Source: Magallana gigas (Eukaryota). Taken from it: a DNA stretch of 64,000 nt. Shown here piece by piece: positions 53,701-60,000 of the stretch. The position numbers and the translations under genes were made by a program. Location: contig NC_088856.1 in assembly GCF_963853765.1 (NCBI RefSeq), positions 54,002,001-54,066,000 on the forward strand, in the 5' to 3' direction. The notes beneath the pieces are model-generated. The model saw only the letters and a list, made by a program, of their open reading frames with translations. It searched no databases and had not been told where the DNA came from. Positions within the stretch are counted from its first letter, which is position 1; each line of letters begins with the position of its first letter.

Positions 53701-56700
53701 AGAAAAAGCATGAAGCAGAGTTGATTAAATTGCAATTACATAAGTATTTATTTGTTGCAGACTGAAGAATAAACTTAACTGAAAAATGTTGTCACATATG
53801 TTAAAGAGCTATAATTCAAATTAATGAATTGGCAGGCATGTCGCTCTATTGTACCAAGGCCCGTCCATTATTTTCATCTTTATTAAAAAACAACAAATAT
53901 GTACAAACGAAGATGATTTTCCGTTGCAATAATTTTTTAAGAACACCGATAATACTTTTATCCTCATAATAATAATATGTCAGGAGTATGGAAACTGTTT
54001 GAAAGGCGTCGTTTTCATTTACTTGTGTTCGAAAAACTATCAAAAACTTGTGCAGATTTTATGCAATTCATCGTTGAAGAAGGGGCACCAGAGAGTAGTT
54101 ACAGCATATCATCCTTTAGCAAGACATTTCTATCGATCAACCAAAATTTCAGCGTCAATCGTAGAATTATAAGCAAGATACATAGCTTATTTTGAGTCAT
54201 GTTTTTGTTCACATTCAACTTAATATTTTTAAACTTGGTATTTCCTATTCAGCATAGCTGCATTTAAAATATAAACAAACTAAAGCATGACCTCAGCTTT
54301 GTGTACAAACATATAGAAGCATTGTGCGCAAAGCTCTGTATCTTGCTTATAACTCGAAGCTTATCTCTCAGGCTAGTAAAATGATAGGAACTTGTAAACA
54401 ATTAAAACAAGAGAAAACTGCACTAAAACAAAGAAAAAACTCAATTTATTTTTCATCATATATATACTTAAGTTATATATTTCTTGCAGCGAGAATAATC
54501 TCCGTTTAGATTGAAATTGCTGAGCATCTTAATAGAACATGTTGCATTACCCAACCATTACATGTACGTTGAGATCGTACCGAATTACACGCACCAACAT
54601 AATTTGACCCCCTATGGTGGCCCCATCCTACCCCCTGAAATCATGGCTTGAACAAACTAGAATGAATCAACACTACATGTACCTAAGGATGCTTCCACAC
54701 AAGTTACAGCTTTTCTGGCCAATTGGTTTTTGAGAAGATATTTTTAAAAGACTTTTCGCTATGTATTCCTGTGTAAAATTTGACCCACCCACTGTGGCCG
54801 CACCCTACCCCGGGATCATGGTTTGAAAAGATTTAAATCTACACTACCTGAGTATGCTTCCAAACAAGTTCTGGCCCACTGGTTTTTGATGAGAAGATTT
54901 TTCTCTATGCATTCCTTTGTAAAAATTTTGACCCCCCATTGTGGCCCCACCTTACCCCTGGGGATCATGATTTGAAAAAATTTGAATCTTCACTACACTA
55001 CACAAGTTACAGGTTTTCTGGCTAACTGGCTTTTGAGAAGAAGATTTTTAATGATTTTTCTCCATACATATGCATCAACAAATTTGACCCCCCCATTGGG
55101 GCCCCACCGTACCCCCGGGGATCACGGTTTGGACAAGCTTGAATCTACACCTTTTTGAGGATGCTTCCACACAAGTTACAGCTTTTCTGGCCAATTGATT
55201 TTTGAGAAGAATATTTTTTAAAGATATTTCTCTGTATATTTCACCTCAGGTGAGCTAACAATTATTTATGTCTCTGCTACATGTACACACACTTAGTATT
55301 TCCATCAGTAAAATTAATCTCCGTTTAGACTGAATAGATTAGAGAAAATACTGACAACTAGCCTAAAACACAATGCAGTAATCAACTATTAAGCCAAAAC
55401 CATACCGTATTACCTCAGAATTTGTATTTTAGTTGTTAAAGTACCGTACCTGTTATTGTATCTTATTTTCTGCAAGTAACAGCCAGCTGTCTTATTTACC
55501 GATGTTTATGTTTGATTGATACGTAAAACTTACAAAATACAGGCGATAGTTCCCCTAAGTTACAAACCGTAATTCATGAAAACGAAACGAAAATCAAAAC
55601 AAGATAAAACCACCGTCACAGGTGAAAATGTCAACGCATTGGAATATTTAATCTCAGTTTACATCACAAAATCGGCATTAATGTATCTTGCCTATTTCAA
55701 ATATTCCTTTCGCACGCAAACTGTTCCACAACAACCAAATTCATCTTTGTCAGATTGACCCATTCCCCATACGTTCAAAATGGCCGCTTCAAAGAGGGTT
55801 TTGAGATATGGAATATCGACGCCGAAGTTATAAACTGATCGAAGCCCACCCCTTCAATTTTTTTTGCGAAATAACTCGAATTCGGAAAAAGGATAGCCCT
55901 TAATTTTTGCAATTTATATTTTCCTTTTCATAAGGATTATTTATGTTAAATTGCGTTGAATTTGACTAAGAAGTTCTTCAGAAGAAGATTTTTAAAAATG
56001 CACCCCCTTTTTCTACAGTTTCGAGGTTTTCTCCGCTTTGAATAAAGATATGTCTTTCATTTCTGCAATTTATATTTGCATTACCATAAGGATGCTTTGT
56101 GCTAAATTTGGTTAAAATTGGCCAAGCGGTTTTACAGAAGAAGTTCAAAATGTAAAAAGTTTACAGACGGACAGACGGACGGGCGGACAGACAGACGACG
56201 GACAAAATGCGATCAGAAAAGCTCACCTGATCTTTCAGCTCAGGTGAGCTAAAATATATTCTTATTTGCTATTCTTAGAATCTCGTTTTTTAATCATTAC
56301 TCTTAATTAAACAATCCTTTTTACATAATGAAAAAGCAATCTGTATTTAACCGAACTATCATACATTAGCACTGTTATATGTTTACAGAAACGATGTACC
56401 CAAGTAAACCCACATAAAAAAAGAAAATCAAAAGTAAAATCAATGAAAAACACAATACCAAAAGTTGGATAAAATTTGAGAAATAATTATAATTTTCTAG
56501 CATTCGCAATTTAAACTTCTCGGGTCCTTCCGACAGGAAGATGATTCGGTTGTCGGAAACACCCAAAAAGTTGTGCACAGTTGATACATGTAGCAGGCAA
56601 AGATCAATTATAACAAACCTGCGCCATCTTTTGTGGTATTTAGTCGGATCTCCACTTTATCAGAACCGGTCTGCTCTCCGACAATTGAACTGATATAGGT

Positions 56701-56952
56701 GGCAGGTTGTTTCTTTCCATCCTTCATAAATGGCGTAAATCGACCTTGAACTTGCACGTCCGATGCGTTCAGAAGAATGAACTCTCCGTGCCCGTTAAAG
56801 GTGAAGGACAAACCGTCTAGGGTCGTCAGATGTGGGTCTCCGAGAGCTCCACCTAGCGGTCGATATAACAATATCATCACACATGTAAGAAACTTTATAA
56901 ATTATTTCATCATCTCTTGTTTTATTTCGGTAAAAAAGTAGTTTGCGTGTGT

Positions 56953-57018
<66 letters not shown>

Positions 57019-60000
57019 GAAAATTTTGTGTAATAAATCGACATGCGCGGGTCCAGAAAATATTCCGGGGTGGGGGGGGGGGGGGGGGTTTCGAGGAACA
57101 TTTTTGGAAATTTTATGCGCGAGTTTAATAAGGCCGTCTTTCCACTTTCCTTTCCTCGACCCCTTCCCTTTCTAAATTCGCGCATAATCGATTCATATAA
57201 GTAAGTTGGTCGATGTTATCAATTACAATGTAACAATAAAGTCAAATCCACATTTTGCACAAGTTGTTTCCTATTGCAGGGTCCACTTAAGGTCAAAAGG
57301 GGAAAAATAACTTTCCCCTTCTTTTTGCCAACAAAATTGATATTTGGGTATCCTGTATTTAAATCTAATATACTCCTCATGTTTGGGTTGCCCCTGCCTT
57401 GAGCAATCAAACTACACAATGGAGACGGACTTAACGTCACACGACAAAGTACAAAGGTACAGGGGAAAATCTATAAAGTACAAATGTACAGGGGAAAATC
57501 TAGTATGGGTTTTCCCCCAAGGATGACGGCCAAGGAACAATAAATTTCTAAAGTGTGGGTTTTTCTATAGGATATATATTTCTAAATCATTAGAAGAATT
57601 CACGTTGGGATAACATGTTGCTGAGTTTCTCTACTTTACACCTCTAACACATGCATGATATTGGATACACACGTGCACATTTTGAACTGTACCTGCTCCG
57701 CTCGCGATAAAATCGTCGGATGTACACACTGGTCGGCGACTGAGGAAATTCTGGCACACGTCAGCTCTTGAGGCGTACCCGTTGCTAGCGTTACAGCACC
57801 ATTCGTAGGCCTCGTGAACCTTCTCTTGGTCTTGTCCAGAGTGTCGCCTGCAAACAACAGGTATAAACATGTAAAATTTTGCTGTCTTTATGATTTTTTT
57901 CTCGAAAAAGTTATACTTCTCCATGAAGTGACGTAACAGTGATTGCGTTACATCCGCTTAATGCGTCCAAACTATTTTCTTATTTCTAATCACTGTAATG
58001 TAATGAGTTTTAATGGCTTCATATAGACAAAAAAAAGGCCATAAGCTAAATACGAAACAAAACAAAACCCAAAAAAAAATCCTACAAACAACGCAATCAA
58101 ACTCACTTCAATGAGGTTATTCGATTGAGAGAACAATAATTACAATAAAAATTATAATTATTATAATTTTTTTATTAATATAACGCAAGAAAGCAGTAAA
58201 AAGTTTCTTTCTATTGAATATTCTTTGCTGTAACTAAAAACGATCTGGACAATCAAACATACCAAAATTGTCATGTGAAGTATTGAAAAATTCAAAGATT
58301 ACATTACATAAGATGACAACCAACTATTGGAAGTAAACATTTTCTACTCACATGTACGTGTTAAAGCCATTGGCCAACACATGATCCAGAATCAACCCTT
58401 TGTTTGCCTTGTCGAAGCAGCATCGCATCGTGCGTGGATCAGTAAATGTTGTAGATAGGGCGCTCCGCTTACCATAGCATTCTACACTAGAGGGAATTTC
58501 CGCCTTTGTGTACTGTACGAGCGAGTCCGTCTTCTGCAACAGGCTGGGAGGACATTGCGTCACTTCTGATGTCACCACAGGATTGCTGGTATCAGCGTCG
58601 TCAGATGTTATCCAGTTTAAGCATTGGATACCAGGATGTGAGATTGGAGAAGTCTCCGAGAGACGGTAGAAGGAACGGCCGATACTGCAGACAAATAAAT
58701 TGGTCGGCGGGTAATTGACTTAAAAAATCGTTTTTTACCCGCTTAAAAAGATAACCCCTGGTCTTAACTTTTTGTGATCTAAGTGGATTTAAAAAAAGAA
58801 TCTGACCTTGCTTATACTAGAGTTTTTTTTTCAAAATGGCATGTTAAAAGCAGGAATAACATTTGAATATTTTTGATATAAATACTGTATCTTTAAAACA
58901 TATCCCAATTTATCATTTTACCATTCTTTAACTTATGTTATTCATAATGAGAATTAAATACTATTGACGTACTAAGTTTAATTGTCAGACTAACCGTTTA
59001 CTAATAACTATTGAGGAGGCTAGATAGACAACAAATTACCTAGCAAGTACGACCATTATGTTGAGATAATTTTCAAAAATGTTTTTGTTTTAAATAACTT
59101 TATCAATATCTTTATATGTAACTCTTCTATAGAACTAAATATGGCCTAAAAGTGACCAGCGTCATCCAGCGCTCCTAACCTTTTGTCTCAACAAGCCTGT
59201 ATACCTTGTAGGGTTAGTAAAAGTCACTTCATCGATTCTCTCTATTTTCGATTTGTTGGCCGCATTGCTTAGAAGGTCAAGGTATGAGTAGGGGTACTCC
59301 TCACTTGTTGCCCCCTGTTTCAGAAGCCCAATCCTGACCGGGTAGTTACCCACGGAGTTCAGGACGTCCCACTTCATCTCCCTGTCCTCGTACGCCACCT
59401 TGACGAGAGTGTGCAGAAAGTCTGTGACCAGGATTAACTGGAAGGTGACAGTCTGCAGAATAAAAAACAAAGTAAAGGATAGAAAAAACAATCCTTTAAG
59501 GATTAAACAAATCCAGGCACTAAAAGGCAGAACCGAACAGGAAAGAGCTCATGGGAAAGTGCAGGAGAGAGCCAATGGGGTTGAGCAGAAGGAGAGAGCC
59601 AATGGGATAGACCAGGAGAGAACCAATGGGAAAGAATATGAAGAGAACCAATGGAATATAACAGGAGAAAGCCAATGGGATAGAGCAGCAGCGAGTAAAT
59701 GGGGTAGAGCTGGAGAAGGCCACTTGGATTTAACATGAGCCAATAGTACAGATAGTGAGTCGTACAATAAATATGCTATGATAGAAACAATCATTGAGAT
59801 GAAAAGTGCCAAATACCAATATGATAAAACACGATTTAAAAAGCTGTTAGGATAGATCATAAAGCAAATAGGATAGAACATGATTCAAAAATCCAATAGG
59901 ATAACAATGTATTTCGAGCAGCCAAAATGATAGAGCAAGGATGAAAAGGCATTGATATACAACAAAGATCCAACAGCCCGTAGGATCTGTCTAATAGTCC

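Larger units (their letters stand above)
52259..56253 (+). mobile_element. Non-autonomous Helentron-type element, copy B (composite)
   Basis: Same 5' end (acaagaggcccaatgggccacatcgctcac) and 3' end ((GACG)n, agctcacctga-tctt-tcagctcaggtgagctaaaa) as copy A; colinear internal blocks. Confidence 0.8.

Noticed and set aside
59162-59204. Extending the NIDO exon to the ORF stop or to the AAG|GTTAGG donor
   Set aside because: The next exon needs phase 2; only ACA AG|GTATAC (59205) gives it and restores GRSFYRL.
59500-59760. Purine-rich degenerate repeat with ORFs on both strands
   Set aside because: Decayed ~23-bp repeat (gagagagccaatgggata) in an intron; no coding evidence.
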